Assembly (NCBI GenBank): GCA_944321685.1
Contig: CALUMH010000007.1
Coordinates: 24,102-88,101, forward strand
Length of the DNA stretch: 64,000 nt
Origin: an uncultured Muribaculaceae bacterium
GTDB taxonomy: Bacteria; Bacteroidota; Bacteroidia; Bacteroidales; Muribaculaceae
Direction of reading: 5' to 3'
In this document: in pieces, positions 9,724 through 19,716 of the stretch
Position numbering within the stretch: the first letter of the stretch is position 1
How the letters are laid out: every line of letters begins with the position of its first letter
The notes under the pieces: generated by a model
Told to the model about the DNA's origin: nothing
What the model saw: the letters and a program-made list of their open reading frames with translations, nothing else
Databases searched by the model: none
Translations under genes and position numbers: made by a program

Positions 9724-10041
9724 TCAAGCAACGACTTCTTTAATCAATACCTTTGTGAACAATTGGCGATGGCCGTTTTTGCGGCGATAGCCTTTGCGAC
9801 GTTTCTTCTTGAAAACGATTACGTGTTCACCCTTGAGCATGGGGGTCAATACCTCGCATACTACCTTTGCGCCATCTACCGTGGGCGCACCTACTTTCAC
9901 ATTACCATCGGCATCAACAAGCAACACGTTGTTGAATTCCACTGCGTCGCCCTCTTTGGTATCGCCGAGGTACTGAACATACAAATACTTGCCAGCTTCG
10001 GCCTTGAATTGCTGTCCTTTGATTTCTACAATTGCGTACAT
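9724..10041 (-). CDS. rplU: 50S ribosomal protein L21
   Basis: [22 protein letters not shown]...[16 protein letters not shown]. Confidence 0.97.
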   Translation of the reverse strand: MYAIVEIKGQQFKAEAGKYLYVQYLGDTKEGDAVEFNNVLLVDADGNVKVGAPTVDGAKVVCEVLTPMLKGEHVIVFKKKRRKGYRRKNGHRQLFTKVLIKEVVA

Positions 10042-10132
10042 CTGTATAAACTTTGTTATTTTTACAGGTTAAGTCCGTGAGGCGGACAGCCATGCGGCTG
10101 TCACTTAATCGAGCCTATTCGGAACGAGCGCA

Positions 10133-10140
10133 CAAAGTTA
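10133..10140 (-). promoter_or_regulatory. -7 promoter box (TAACTTTG) for rplU-rpmA
   Basis: Plus strand reads caaagtta. It leaves a leader of about 85 nt containing the hairpin GACAGCCGCATGGCTGTC. Confidence 0.5.
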
Positions 10141-10254
10141 GCAATTATTCTCGTAACCGCAAAGCACATGCCATATTTTTCCACAAACTTTTTTTTCGTT
10201 CAATTCCAATAATAATCAACAAGCCACGCCCGCATTTGCTGCCAGTGTGCCACA

Positions 10255-10731
10255 CTACTTTTTTTCAATCAGCACCGTTGCATATGCGGCAATGCCTTCG
10301 CCGCGACCGGTGTAGCCGAGGCGTTCGGTAGTGGTGGCTTTTATCGACACGCAATCGGGGTCACAACCTATGCACCGCGCCAGTTCGGCCTGCATGGCGG
10401 GTACATGCGGGTTCAGCTTGGGCTGTTCGGCACACACGGTCACGTCGGCATTGCCGAATTCATATCCCTTCTCCCTCACAAGGCGCATCACCTCGACGAG
10501 CAACTTCCGGCTGTCAATGCCCTTGAAACGCGGATCGGTATCGGGAAAATGAAAACCTATGTCGCGCAAACAGGCCGCCCCAAGCAAGGCATCACACAGG
10601 GCGTGGATAAGCACATCGGCATCGCTATGGCCAAGCAATCCCAACGTGTGAGGAATTTTCACGCCGCCAAGCCATAATTCACGCCCCTCAACAAGGCGAT
10701 GCACATCAAATCCCATTCCTACACGTATCAT
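10255..10731 (-). CDS. ispF: 2-C-methyl-D-erythritol 2,4-cyclodiphosphate synthase
   Basis: [28 protein letters not shown]...[12 protein letters not shown]. The start is set at ATG 10731; the longer track ORF would overlap porV. Confidence 0.95.
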   Translation of the reverse strand: MIRVGMGFDVHRLVEGRELWLGGVKIPHTLGLLGHSDADVLIHALCDALLGAACLRDIGFHFPDTDPRFKGIDSRKLLVEVMRLVREKGYEFGNADVTVCAEQPKLNPHVPAMQAELARCIGCDPDCVSIKATTTERLGYTGRGEGIAAYATVLIEKK

Positions 10732-10738
10732 AGTCGCA

Positions 10739-11929
10739 TCACCTCCTTCCAAGCAATTCCTTGATACCGTCCATGTCAAATGTAAGCGAGAAACGCAGCG
10801 TCTGGTCGAGCGGGCTGCTTTGAGCCGTGGCAATCATGTATGCGGCATCAAGCCTTATCACATTCAATGCAAAACCCGCACCCAGGCCGAAATACTTGCG
10901 GTCGCCCTTCATTGCGTTTTCGTAATAATAACCGCCACGCAAAAAGAATTGCTGGTTATAGTTATATTCAAGCCCGAATGAGAAATTTATCTCTTTCAAC
11001 TCCTCGCTCATTCCGCCCGGGGCATCGCTGAACGAATTGAAAATACCGCTTATAGGCGACATATCGCGCCATTCTTGCAATGCATCTTGATATGCCACAT
11101 CATCTTCATAATCCGAAGCACGCGGACGCGTAGGCACAAGCAACTTGTTCAAGTCGAGCGACACGGCAAGGTTGTGATAATCAGCAAGCGGGAATACGAA
11201 TGTCGTACCGAGCTTCAAATTGGTGGGCAGGAATGCCGACTCGGTACCGCCGTCATACGAAATCTTTGAACCTATATTCGAGATGTTAACCCCCCACGAC
11301 CATTGGCACTCGTTACGTCCTATGATAGGATAGGTGGTATAATATCCCGAAATGTCGGCGGCAAACGCCGAAGCACCGCTCAACGCCTGATCCGACCCTT
11401 CATTGAAACCAAGATTTGAATATATGTAGCGTAACACAACACCCATCGAGAACTTTTCACTCAACTTGCGCGAATAGCCCACATCAAAAGCCATTTCATA
11501 AGGGTTGACCGACGACAATTGGTTACCGCCGTCGTCATAAGTGCCTATTTCGCCAAGCGTGAAGTAACGCAGCGATGCACTCACGGCCTGATTGTCCTCG
11601 CTGCCGAATTTCCAGTAACCGGCTACATTGAGCAAAGCAATATCGTTGACAAGTTTGCGCAACCACGGCGTATATGACAGCGACACGCCGGCCGAACTAT
11701 ATGCAAACGCATACTTCGAGGCATTCCAAAATTGCGAATTCACATCGGGGTCGGTGGCCGCGCCTATGTCGCCCATCGACGCACCGCGGGCATCGGGCGC
11801 AATACTGAGCGACGTGACACCGGTGGTAACAGGGTTAAACTCATTTTTCACATCGTTTTGTGCCATCGCCGTCACTGCAAAAAATGCAACCAACGCAAGT
11901 GTTATTGCTATTTTCGTACTTTTCATCAA
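10739..11929 (-). CDS. porV: Type IX secretion system outer-membrane channel protein PorV (LptO)
   Basis: Signal peptide followed by [42 protein letters not shown], the conserved PorV N-terminal block. The rest is a beta-barrel-like sequence. Confidence 0.85.
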   Translation of the reverse strand: MMKSTKIAITLALVAFFAVTAMAQNDVKNEFNPVTTGVTSLSIAPDARGASMGDIGAATDPDVNSQFWNASKYAFAYSSAGVSLSYTPWLRKLVNDIALLNVAGYWKFGSEDNQAVSASLRYFTLGEIGTYDDGGNQLSSVNPYEMAFDVGYSRKLSEKFSMGVVLRYIYSNLGFNEGSDQALSGASAFAADISGYYTTYPIIGRNECQWSWGVNISNIGSKISYDGGTESAFLPTNLKLGTTFVFPLADYHNLAVSLDLNKLLVPTRPRASDYEDDVAYQDALQEWRDMSPISGIFNSFSDAPGGMSEELKEINFSFGLEYNYNQQFFLRGGYYYENAMKGDRKYFGLGAGFALNVIRLDAAYMIATAQSSPLDQTLRFSLTFDMDGIKELLGRR

Positions 11930-12020
11930 TCAGTTTTTATAATTACCTATTTTACATAACTGCAAAACAGCCTGGTTTATTGTGCAACCGAACTATACGC
12001 GTTGCAAAAATACCACCATT

Positions 12021-12593
12021 TTATTTTACTTTCATCTTTAACACTTCACGCCCGGCAAGCGTGGCCGAAAGACGGGTATCAATGCTCAAAGGTATCCCCT
12101 CGGGCGGACGGCTTACATAAATATAATCGCCTATTTTCAAAGTCATGTAACGGCTAACATACTCTATAAGGTCGTCAATGCCGTGTTGCAGCGCGGCAGT
12201 ATTGCCCGAAAAGCATACCTGTCCGTCAACGGCAATGTCATAGGCCAAGCCGTCAACGGCAGGTGCCAATTCTCCCCATTCCACGAAATCGCCCAAAATT
12301 GCCGCACCGTCGAAAGCCCGACCCAGTGCTCCGCCAACACCTTCGGCCTCGACGGCAAGCCCCACGGTGAAGCAGTCGTAATAGCGTGAAGCAAACTTCC
12401 GTGCTATATTTTTCCCCAAGCGGCACACACGTGCCACCACCGTGGGATAAGCCACGAAACGAGTGGCAAAATCAGGCACAAAAAACGGCTTTCCATCCTT
12501 GAGCAACGACGAGTCGCCCATAAGGTAAACTTCAGGCAAAGCAACGTTACCGCCGCTGTGCCCGTAATTTCCTAAAATACCTATTATCTTCAT
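12021..12593 (-). CDS. Fumarylacetoacetate hydrolase (FAH) family protein, short form
   Basis: 190 aa. KPFFVPDF...YPTVVARVCRLGKNI...E(A/V)E and a C-terminal GDYIYV resemble short FAH-domain proteins. The start overlaps the rex stop by 4 nt (ATGA). Confidence 0.55.
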   Translation of the reverse strand: MKIIGILGNYGHSGGNVALPEVYLMGDSSLLKDGKPFFVPDFATRFVAYPTVVARVCRLGKNIARKFASRYYDCFTVGLAVEAEGVGGALGRAFDGAAILGDFVEWGELAPAVDGLAYDIAVDGQVCFSGNTAALQHGIDDLIEYVSRYMTLKIGDYIYVSRPPEGIPLSIDTRLSATLAGREVLKMKVK

Positions 12594-13246
12594 TTCAAAA
12601 ATCTGTGTCGATCATCAAGTCGGTTATACATCACGGCAAGGTGGGCATAAATCGACGTGTTCTGTATCACAATGTCGCTGCTCGCCTTTATTCGGAACGG
12701 CGTGAAGTTCCATATCGCTTGCAACCCACAGGCAATCATGGTGTCGGTAGCGTCTTGTGCGTGTTCCACAGGAACGGCAAGCACGCCTATCTCGGTATCA
12801 AGCTCCTTTTGTTTCATGCCCAGCTTGTCCATGCTGTACACCGGCACACCGCGAATACTGCGGCCTATCACAGCCGGGTCGATATCAAATCCAGCCACAA
12901 TATTAAGCCCGTATTGCAACAAGCCTTGATCCTGTATCAACGCCGAACCCAGGCTGCCCACCCCTATCATGAACGCACGGTGCTCGATGCTGAAACCCAG
13001 GAAGTCGGCAAGTTCGCTCACAAGCGTGTCCACTTCATAGCCGATGCGCGTCTTTCCCTTTATGTTCAGGAACGACAGGTCCTTGGCTATCTGCGAAGCA
13101 TCCACATTTATCTCCTTGGCTATCTGCGTCGATGACACATACTCCACCCTTTGCGACCGCAACAGCCGCACATAGGCAAGATACCACGGCAAACGGCGCA
13201 ACGTGGGTTCGGGCAATATAATCTTTGCTACATTCTTCGACTCCAT
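12590..13246 (-). CDS. rex: Redox-sensing transcriptional repressor Rex
   Basis: LPEPTLRRLPWYLAYVRLL...VSSTQIAKEINVDASQIAKDLS and the Rossmann motif IGVGSLGSAL. Confidence 0.9.
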   Translation of the reverse strand: MESKNVAKIILPEPTLRRLPWYLAYVRLLRSQRVEYVSSTQIAKEINVDASQIAKDLSFLNIKGKTRIGYEVDTLVSELADFLGFSIEHRAFMIGVGSLGSALIQDQGLLQYGLNIVAGFDIDPAVIGRSIRGVPVYSMDKLGMKQKELDTEIGVLAVPVEHAQDATDTMIACGLQAIWNFTPFRIKASSDIVIQNTSIYAHLAVMYNRLDDRHRFLK

Positions 13247-13745
13247 CGCACTGTGAATTTTCTTGCAAATTTACAAAATTCCACACAAAAACACACAGCA
13301 ATCTGCACCGGCAATATTTTTCCCAAAAGGCTGCACCCTGATTAAAAACATACGACAAAAATGAAGCGGCCAACCCATCCGGCCGTACCCCACCGACAAG
13401 GCTCAAGCCACACGACATTAAACCGCGATTTCACGAATAACAATTTATGTATCAACTCCTTGTTTTTACCAATGAATGCGCAGATTAAACTTCGATATAT
13501 TTAAGTATTGCGGTATTTTCACGTACGTTTCTATATTTCAATAATTATTTATACTTTTGCATATGCTATCGGTTTCATACCGAGAGACCGACAGACGATG
13601 CAACAGTGTTGAGTATGATGTTGAGCATTTTATATCTATTTTTTACCTATTCTACCAAACTCATATACCGGCACAACGTGCATCAAGTGCAATTATTTTA
13701 TTAACAAGCAGTTGTGCCCGACACACATTTAGGGTGGAATTAACT

Positions 13746-14489
13746 ATGAAAATTATTAAGGACTTTGCCATGCTAATCATGGTGGCAACGATGAGTTTGG
13801 CTCTCGCAGCCTGCGGCGATGACACAAAAAACGAACCCGATGATCCAAGCGATTCAGGGAATGGCAATGGTGGCGATAAGCCCGGAATGACAACAGAATC
13901 GATTGTCGGCACTTGGGAATACACCTTGGAATATGATCATTTTAAAACTTTTGAAACTTATACATTTAACGCCGATGGTACTTTTTCATATTATATGTAT
14001 GAAATCAATGATGGCGTAAAAAATGAAGATAAGAGTAACGGAATATATTCTTTCAAACATGGTGTACTGACTTTAAATTGGGTTGACCATGATACCGAGG
14101 AGTACCCTTGTTCATTAGACGGACGCAAGTTGACCATAGGCTCGCAAGAATTTACCCGCACCGACGAGTCTGAAATCCCCGATGACCCGGTGGTCGCAAA
14201 TCCATTAATCGGTAGTTGGGAATACTCCGAGACGGGATATTATGAAGTGATAACATTTAATGCCGACGGAACATTTATGATGTACTTCCGCGACCCTTCA
14301 TTCAACGATACAGGGTATGGCACTTACAGTTACACATCAAACCGCATAATATTAATGATGTACGGTGAAGATGAAATAGAAGAAGCCGCCTATTCAATTA
14401 ACGGAAAAACTCTCACTATATGGGATCCGTCAGACCCAAGCGACATACAAAAATACACTTATACCACCAACCCTGACATTCGCTCCTAA
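13746..14489 (+). CDS. Lipoprotein with two lipocalin-like repeats
   Basis: Lipobox MKIIKDFAMLIMVATMSLALAAC, then a Gly/Asp-rich linker. Internal duplication: IVGTWEY...YTFNADGTFSYY and LIGSWEY...ITFNADGTFMMYF. The start is set at ATG 13746. Confidence 0.7.
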   Translation: MKIIKDFAMLIMVATMSLALAACGDDTKNEPDDPSDSGNGNGGDKPGMTTESIVGTWEYTLEYDHFKTFETYTFNADGTFSYYMYEINDGVKNEDKSNGIYSFKHGVLTLNWVDHDTEEYPCSLDGRKLTIGSQEFTRTDESEIPDDPVVANPLIGSWEYSETGYYEVITFNADGTFMMYFRDPSFNDTGYGTYSYTSNRIILMMYGEDEIEEAAYSINGKTLTIWDPSDPSDIQKYTYTTNPDIRS

Positions 14490-14550
14490 GTCTGGCAATA
14501 TGGAGTATATCAGCTACGATGGGTAAATAATGTACATGTATGTATTCTCC

Positions 14551-14672
14551 AATCGAAATTTCGACATTGATATTGTAAAGACATGGCGTTGCCGCACCTT
14601 GACAACAGTAACAATTGATTTACAATATGTTATATAACACAATGGTTGTAGCAGTAGTGCGGATTTACGTAC
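14551..14672. repeat. Degenerate copy of the REP/MITE-like hairpin repeat family (copy A)
   Basis: acattgatattgtaaagacatggcgttgccgcaccttgacaacagtaacaattgatttacaatat... aligns by eye with 29134-29250, but the hairpin stems are eroded. Confidence 0.6.
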
Positions 14673-14748
14673 ATTCACATAAAAATTTAATAAAAACATC
14701 CTTTTATTTTAGAAGTTGCGCCCGACACGTACTTAGGGCATTTTTACA

Positions 14749-15474
14749 ATGAAAGCGTTAAAACATTTATCGGCATTTTTATTCGTTTTTGCAGCAACAT
14801 TGTTGCTTGCAGCTTGTGACGATGATGGTGGCAGCGGTTCGGGCAAAGGCAATGGAAGTGGCGGCGGTATCGTCGGCACGTGGGGAGACAGCGAAGCTAC
14901 CGAATACTGGCTTTTTACATTCGACAGTGACGGTTCTTACTCGTGTGAAGTGTATGATTATTTTGAGAAAGATTACTATACCGAGGAATGGGGCAGCTAT
15001 GAGACCGACGACAACAAACTCACATTGTCGTGGGAAGATCGCCTCGGGGATTCGGGCGTATCTGTAGGCACATATTCCACACGAGGAGACGAACTGACCA
15101 TAGAATGGTTGGACGAATATGGCAATTATGACGGTTATAACAAATGGACACGTTTCACCGATGAAAGTGTGCTTGAAGATAGCAACGATTTACTCATAGG
15201 CTACTGGGAATGCCGTGATGGCGGACATTTTTATTCATACGCATTTCAATCGGATGGTACATATTATTATGAATATATGTTTATTTCAAGCAGTGGCACA
15301 ATCAATAGCGTAAGCGAATATGGCAAATATGTATATCGCAAGGACATACAAATGTTATATATGGATGTGACAAACACGACAAGCCAATTGGGTGAAATGG
15401 AAAAAACTGCCGAATGCATTCTTTCGGGCAACGGGTCGTTCCGCATGGGCGAACTCATTTATAAACGAAAATAG
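14749..15474 (+). CDS. Lipoprotein with two lipocalin-like repeats; paralog of 13746-14489
   Basis: Lipobox MKALKHLSAFLFVFAATLLLAAC, then a Gly/Ser linker. Repeats IVGTWGD...FTFDSDGSYS and LIGYWEC...AFQSDGTYYY. Confidence 0.7.
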   Translation: MKALKHLSAFLFVFAATLLLAACDDDGGSGSGKGNGSGGGIVGTWGDSEATEYWLFTFDSDGSYSCEVYDYFEKDYYTEEWGSYETDDNKLTLSWEDRLGDSGVSVGTYSTRGDELTIEWLDEYGNYDGYNKWTRFTDESVLEDSNDLLIGYWECRDGGHFYSYAFQSDGTYYYEYMFISSSGTINSVSEYGKYVYRKDIQMLYMDVTNTTSQLGEMEKTAECILSGNGSFRMGELIYKRK

Positions 15475-15515
15475 TACGTTAAATATATAATACACCTTCT
15501 TCTTTTTGCAACAAT

Positions 15516-15583
15516 CGGCTTCGGAAATACCCCCGGGAACATCAGCTTTGAAACTATTGTTACCGGAGTCATTTCCGAAGCCG
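15516..15583. terminator. Long hairpin between convergent genes
   Basis: Perfect 13-bp arms cggcttcggaaat (15516-15528) and atttccgaagccg (15571-15583). The 42-nt loop has an inner stem. Confidence 0.5.
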
Positions 15584-15639
15584 TAATGTGTATGTATTAT
15601 TCTTTTTATTCCTTTACGACTTTATTGCCTAAAGATACA

Positions 15640-17502
15640 TCATTCAAGGATATATAATGCACGTGGGGCAAACTGCATATTGGGCAGGATGGTGACTTCT
15701 TCTCCGGTGACTACATCGCGCAGCGACATACCCGGCTGCATGATTTCACGGTATATCGACATATCAACGTCGAGGCTGCGGTCGGTACCGTTCATAATCA
15801 CTATCACGCGCTTGCAGTCAAGACTGCGTTCATACACATACATCCCGTTTTCGGGCATGAAATGCTTCAACGCGCCGCGGGCAATCACATCGTTACCGCG
15901 ACGCCACCCGGCCAGGCGGCTTATGAAGTCAAATGCCTCGTTTTGCAACTCACTGCGACCTGCCGCCGAGAACTCGTTACGGCTGTCACCAGGGAAACCA
16001 CCCGGAACGTCAAGGCGAATGTCGCCGTCGGAACGCTTCTTGTTGCCGTGCATAAGCAACTCGGTACCATAGTAAATTTGCGGTATGCCACGAGTGGTGA
16101 GCAAGAAAGCCACACCTTGCTTCCACGCACCCAGGTCGGCAGGCATTTCAAGCAAGAAACGGTCGGTGTCGTGATTGTCGAGGAACGTGAGCACCTTATG
16201 CGGGTCGGCATACAGGTAATCGAGCGAAAGGCGGTTGTATATCTCGTTCAATCCTTTTCCATACTGCTGCGTGTCACCGTTAAATGCGCTGTTGGCCGTG
16301 AGCATCGTCGGGAAGTCCATCACCGTCGGCAATTCGGGGTTGCCTTTCCCGTTCAGGCTGTTGCCACCCTGCCAGAAAGCCGTTCCTGCCACGTCGCCAT
16401 ACCAGCATTCGCCCACAATGTTGTATCCGGGATATTCAAGTTGCACGTCCTTAATCCATTGCGCCATGGGCATCATGTCGGCATACGGGTAAGTATCCAT
16501 GCGGATACCATCGATTTTACTGTATTCAATCCACCACACCGAGTTTTGTATCAAATACTTCATCACGTGCGGGTTGCTTTGGTTCAGGTCGGGCATCGAC
16601 GGAACAAACCACCCTTTCACCGTGCGCTCGTAATCATAGTCGCTCACATACGGGTCGTTGATTGTGGATAAGCGGAAATTTGTCATCAAGTCACCATCGG
16701 GGTGGTTAAACCAGTCGCGCGACGGCATATCGTGCATCCACGGGTGTTCGCTGCCACTGTGGTTGAAAATCATGTCCATCACCACCTTCAAGCCGCGCTC
16801 ATGAGCCTTGGCAATGAGGGCGGCATATTCCTCGTTGGTACCCAGGCGCGGATCCACGCGGTAATAGTCGGTGGTCGCATAGCCGTGGTACGAGCCGCCG
16901 GGCATATCATTCTCAAGCACCGGATTGAGCCAAATGGCGGTCATGCCCAGAGAGTCGATATATCCCAAGTGGTTTTCAATGCCTTTGAGGTCGCCACCGT
17001 GTCGCCCGCTCGGGTTGCTGCGATCTACAGGCACCGGGAACTTCATGTCGGCCACGACATTATTGGTGGTGTCGCCATCGGCAAATCGGTCGGGCATTAT
17101 CAGGTAAAGCACATCGGCCGATGTGAACGGCGTGGGCAACACGCCATCACGCTGCTTCAATTCATATTTCACCGTCATGGTCTTTTTGCCGGTTTTGAAG
17201 AAGATATCCATTTTTCCGGCTGCGGCAGCCCGTGCCACATTCAGGTAAATTATTTGATAATTGGGGCTTCCCGGGCGAACAACGCTGTCGATAGTCACAC
17301 CCGGATAACTCACCGACGGCTCTGCGTCACGTATCTGCGGCGCATTGACAAGCAATTGCACGCTCGTGTTCTTCATACCCGCCCACCAAAACGGAGGGTC
17401 GATGCGAACGTCGATGTTTTTCTCTGATTTCTTGGCCGAAACACCCAAGCCGCACAGCAGCATAAGCATCACGGTCACTACAGTTTTTAGGTTTGTTTTC
17501 AT
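15640..17502 (-). CDS. GH13 alpha-amylase family glycoside hydrolase (cyclomaltodextrinase/neopullulanase-like), exported
   Basis: DRFADGD, GGDLKGIENHLGYIDSLGMTAIWLNPV, YHGYATTDYYRVDPRLG, GLKVVMDMIFNHSG, GIRMD and LDNHD are GH13 conserved regions. The start is ATG 17502 (MKTNLKTVV..., signal peptide). Confidence 0.9.
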   Translation of the reverse strand: MKTNLKTVVTVMLMLLCGLGVSAKKSEKNIDVRIDPPFWWAGMKNTSVQLLVNAPQIRDAEPSVSYPGVTIDSVVRPGSPNYQIIYLNVARAAAAGKMDIFFKTGKKTMTVKYELKQRDGVLPTPFTSADVLYLIMPDRFADGDTTNNVVADMKFPVPVDRSNPSGRHGGDLKGIENHLGYIDSLGMTAIWLNPVLENDMPGGSYHGYATTDYYRVDPRLGTNEEYAALIAKAHERGLKVVMDMIFNHSGSEHPWMHDMPSRDWFNHPDGDLMTNFRLSTINDPYVSDYDYERTVKGWFVPSMPDLNQSNPHVMKYLIQNSVWWIEYSKIDGIRMDTYPYADMMPMAQWIKDVQLEYPGYNIVGECWYGDVAGTAFWQGGNSLNGKGNPELPTVMDFPTMLTANSAFNGDTQQYGKGLNEIYNRLSLDYLYADPHKVLTFLDNHDTDRFLLEMPADLGAWKQGVAFLLTTRGIPQIYYGTELLMHGNKKRSDGDIRLDVPGGFPGDSRNEFSAAGRSELQNEAFDFISRLAGWRRGNDVIARGALKHFMPENGMYVYERSLDCKRVIVIMNGTDRSLDVDMSIYREIMQPGMSLRDVVTGEEVTILPNMQFAPRALYILE

Positions 17503-17626
17503 GTGATTGTAACAATATAAGTGAATACTATGTGTGTTATTTAAAAACAAGCGCAAGTTACAAAAAAACCGCCACACGGGCAATAAAAAAATCCACCGTT
17601 CGAGCTACAGAAACAAATAATTCTCG

Positions 17627-17634
17627 TATTTTTG
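17627..17634 (+). promoter_or_regulatory. -7 promoter box (TATTTTTG) for the TPR/AraC regulator gene
   Basis: tatttttg lies 63 nt upstream of ATG 17698. Confidence 0.45.
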
Positions 17635-17697
17635 CATACGAAGATTTCACATTTCACGCTTTGCGCATAAAATTGACACGAGGCTACTCATACACAA

Positions 17698-19423
17698 ATG
17701 TTAAAACGTTACATTATTTACACATTAATACTGCTTTGCACATCGGCAACGCAAGCCGCAGGCAACGACACTGCCGTGCTGCCCGACAGCCTGCTCACCG
17801 AGGACAAAGAAAGTGTATGAACTCACATTCACCGACCCAGAACTGGCCGGACAGATAATTGATGAAATGCGCCGCCGGCAAATGCAACCCAAGCACGAAC
17901 TCGACATACTGGAAGGCGACCTGCTGGTCAACAACCATTACTTCGACGAAGCCGCCGCCTTTTACCTCGCCGCACTCAACGACGATTCGGTAAAGAACGA
18001 TCCCGACACCCACATGAGCCTGCTGCACCGGATGATAACGTGCTGCGACGGCATACACGACGACAACTCGACCACGCAATACGTCAAGCAGCTGCTCGAA
18101 GAAGCACGGCGGCACGGCAACAAGCCTATGGAGTCGGTCGCGCTGTTCAACATGGGCAAACTCACCTATTACCAGGAAGACAAGGACCTTGGCTACGAGC
18201 TTATAGACGAGGCGATAAAATTGATGGAACAAAGCGATTATGCCTATAAATACGACAACCTGCGATACAATTACAATACGCTGCTGATAATGCAGCAACG
18301 CGACGAATTGTATGACGATGCCCTTGCCACGCTTTCAGCACTTGAAAATATAGTGACGGCATCGACCAGTGCCGAACCCGAAATAGCATCGCTCACAAGA
18401 AAAGAACTCAAAACCCTGTATGCCCAGCAAGCAATAATACTGCACGAACTCAAGCGGAACAACGAAGCCGAAGCGGCTTACCGCAAATGGCAGGCAGCCG
18501 CACCCGAATACACCGCCGATGACTATATCATAGGCCCGTACCTTGCAAACTCAGGGCGCTTGAACTAAGCCATAAAAGTTTATGGCAACCACGAACAGCA
18601 ATTGCGACTGCGCGGAGACACCATAAGCTACCATATGCGTTCGTTGCTGCGTTCTTTGGGGCTTGTATATTACCGCACAGGGAAGTACCAAAAATCTGCA
18701 GAATATTTCCTAAGGCTCGCAGAAGTAACCGACAGCCTTAAAACGCGCGAACAAGCCAGCTCGGCACAAGAATTGGCCACGGCATATGAAACACACAAAA
18801 AAGAAGCCGAACTGGTGGAACGCGCCAACAGCATAAAGGTGCGCAACGCATGGCTCGTGGGAACCGCGGCTGCACTTATACTGCTACTCGTACTCATGTG
18901 GAGGCAGATGCGATATGCCCGGCTTATCAAAAAGAAAAATTCGGCACTGGTGGAAAATATCCAGGAACTGCTATACTACAAAACCGAACTCGACTCCATA
19001 AGGCAGCAATCGGCAAATCCCGATACAGACGAACCAACCGCACCGACCGATACAACCGACACATCGGACATTGAAACCGAAAACCGCTACATATTCGAAC
19101 TGCTCGACCGAAAAATAAATGAAGGAAAAATGTTCCTCAACCCCGACCTGACTCGTGACGACCTTGTACATATAGCGCATACCGACAAGAACCGACTTGC
19201 CAAGATAATGCAACAACACGAGTTTGCCAACACGTCGGATTACGTGAACCGCAAACGACTTGATTACGCAGCCACCGAACTGAAATCACATCCCGAATAC
19301 ACAATCAACGCCATAGCCGAATCGTGCGGACTGCCCAATGTTCCCACGTTCAACAGGTTGTTCCGCAAACGCTTCGGAATGACGCCGTCGGAATTTCGCA
19401 AGACATTGAGCACTTACCGATAA
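17698..19423 (+). pseudogene. TPR-repeat, single-pass membrane AraC-family HTH regulator, interrupted by a frameshift and an in-frame TAA
   Basis: There are three pieces. (1) 17698-17820 encodes the signal peptide MLKRYIIYTLILLCTSATQAAG... and ends at a TGA. (2) 17813-18568 holds TPR-like repeats in the +1 frame. (3) 18602-19423 is in the same frame as piece 2, separated only by the TAA at 18566-18568 (...ANSGRLN*AIKVYGNHEQ...). Piece 3 contains the TM segment WLVGTAAALILLLVLMW and the AraC HTH AESCGLPNVPTFNRLFRKRFGMTPSEFRK. Confidence 0.6.
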
Positions 19424-19456
19424 CAATCTGCATTTCAACGACATACCACACAATTC

Positions 19457-19495
19457 TGACAAAATAGTATATCTTTTTGACAAAACAGTATATCT
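19457..19495 (+). promoter_or_regulatory. Two 18-bp direct repeats at 21-bp spacing (candidate AraC-type operator)
   Basis: tgacaaaatagtatatct (19457-19474) and tgacaaaacagtatatct (19478-19495) are 17/18 identical. They sit about 40-80 bp upstream of the TATTTTTG box at 19534-19541. Confidence 0.4.
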
Positions 19496-19547
19496 CTACA
19501 TCTCGATTTCTTGGCGACTCACGGTCGCATTCCTATTTTTGCAACAG

Positions 19548-19716
19548 CAAATAGGAAGTAGTAGTAAAACGACCTGAATTGCCATGGGAGCACTTCATCA
19601 AGAAAAATAATATCCCGGACAAGCTCCGGCAGAAGGCTATACGAAAAACGAGATGTTAGATGTTTGTTTTTTTACCCCGGAGTCGGTTATGACCAACTTC
19701 GGGGTAACTGTTTTTT
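19548..19716 (+). ncRNA. Candidate short transcript (sRNA or tiny-ORF RNA) between a -7 box and a hairpin plus T-run
   Basis: -7 box TATTTTTG at 19534-19541. Hairpin ACCCCGGAGT (19674-19683) pairs with ACTTCGGGGT (19696-19705), followed by TTTTTT at 19711-19716. It contains only 8- and 22-codon ORFs. The next gene downstream is on the opposite strand. Confidence 0.3.

Noticed and set aside
18566-18568. An alternative genetic code or programmed readthrough as an explanation for the in-frame TAA.
   Set aside because: TAA is used as the ordinary stop by other genes in this window, for example at 14487-14489 and at the end of adk. The same gene also carries a frameshift. A nonsense mutation or a sequencing error is more parsimonious.
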